DNA of 64,000 nt from Mytilus californianus (lineage: Eukaryota), in the NCBI RefSeq assembly GCF_021869535.1, contig NW_026262723.1:80786001-80850000 (forward strand), written 5' to 3'. Position numbers and translations under genes: made by a program. The notes beneath the pieces are model-generated. The model saw only the letters and a program-made list of their open reading frames with translations. It had not been told where the DNA came from and made no database searches. Within the stretch, counting starts at the first letter, position 1; every line of letters starts with the position of its first letter. This document shows, in pieces, positions 62,830 through 64,000 of this stretch.

Positions 62830-63260
62830 ATTTCGCAAGATATCATACCTTTTTAAAATCTTTCTTTCCGAGGATGCTTGGTCTGATCTGAAACAGTCTC
62901 TACTTAAACAGTAGTGTCTGGTCTGATAGCTGTTAAATATTTGTCTCTTTTTATAGAACTGCCAAGCCTTTCTGTCACATTGTTGCCATTGTTTATAGTT
63001 ATTGTAAGGGAAATAATTCTTGAATATTGTAAAGTTATCTGATATCATTCTTCCGTCAACGAAATGTCTGCTGCATACATGGTGCCAAGCAAGAGAATCG
63101 TTATAATGATCATCTTGTCTGTCAAATCTGTTTCAAACACTTTCTTCATAATCTTATTATTCTTTGTAGGAAATGGTCTTCTTTTAATTATATAATCATA
63201 ATCATTTTTGATTAAAAAATTCGGGTGAAAATTAATAGCTGATGTCACACTGATTCCAAA
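62830..63260 (-). pseudogene. THAP-domain remnant, probably from a DNA transposon
   Basis: Frameshifted WNQCD.., RRPFPTK.., HVCSRHFVDGR (the THAP CS.HF motif); donor AG|GTATGA near 62848. Confidence 0.5.
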
Positions 63261-64000
63261 AATATACAAACTTTATGGAACTTTTTTCATTAAAAAAGTG
63301 AGATAATAAGCTACTTCGGATTTAGTCAAAATTACTTCCGATGTCAAATGAACGATTTCTCAACAATGAGTCCAAATATATATAGTTTTGATGAATTTTT
63401 TCAGGAAATAAGAGAGATCAATTCCTGCTCATAAATGTCATTTCCAGATTAATTTGAAAGGTAACTTTGCACGGGTTCCCAAAGTATATGGTTCTATGTA
63501 CTTTTATATGAAATTGGTACAAAATGGCTAAATTTGGTTGACACAAGGTCACTTCCGTTGAAAATTGTAAGGTCATATATTTTCGAATGCAAAAGTTCCC
63601 ATCGCTTTATCATGTATATATAAAGTAGCAAAGGTCAAAATTTAGAACGTCAAATTTACCTTTGACCTTGATCTTTTTTTCAGGGTCATAATACAAGGAC
63701 CTCAAATCAAGACCCCAGGTCTTACCGTGTAAGGTTTATGAGTTAAATTACCATTCATCTTATTCATGATTTTTCAAGAAAGAAAACGACACCATTACCT
63801 TTCAACCAATTTTTTTCAGTTACGCCATGTTGTAATTAACAATTTAGTAAAAATCATTTGTCAATATCTCATACAGTTTCTGAGAAAAAGTGATAACAGG
63901 CTAATGTAAAAAAAATTAGCTTTCTTACAGCTTATACCAAAAATGTATAGTTTTTAAAATATACTTTAATTTGTTTGAAAAAGGGAGATAAGTTGCTTCT

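Noticed and set aside
15127-64000. Most short ORF-track entries of 60-140 aa
   Set aside because: They are antisense or shifted frames of TE genes or repeat-derived, low-complexity translations with non-ATG starts and no recognisable motifs.

Overview
AT-rich eukaryotic genomic DNA, most likely a bivalve mollusc of genus Mytilus. This is inferred from recognised high-copy interspersed repeats, a Meta-domain tRNA-SINE and Penelope-like RT fragments. No rRNA, tRNA gene or CRISPR array was seen. The window is dominated by nested mobile DNA whose junctions can be rebuilt to the base. (1) An L1/Tx1-clade LINE ORF2 (minus, ~18.1-28.4 kb) is split by a 7.2-kb tyrosine-recombinase retrotransposon (19657-26884; gag, RT/RNaseH, YR; split direct repeats A1..B1-A2-B2; no TSD). 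That element is itself interrupted by a 1.9-kb TIR element inserted at AAA|TTT without TSD (Spy-like, 20249-22128) and by a Mytilus repeat inside RNase H. (2) A full-length 5.3-kb Sola2 transposon (39618-44935) has TIRs, an AGAT TSD and a DDD transposase with nonsense mutations. (3) A solo LINE ORF1 combines RRM-like, 3xCCHC and SGNH-esterase domains (45628-47271). Also present are an L2/CR1-type 3' end, six Penelope-like RT fragments, MITEs, HINE-like elements and a THAP remnant. Host content is a probably broken multi-exon gene for a secreted lectin-like/WSC protein (plus, 1426-16017) and an unidentified decayed multi-exon gene (minus, ~32.3-39.1 kb). All family assignments come from motif recognition by eye and need database confirmation.
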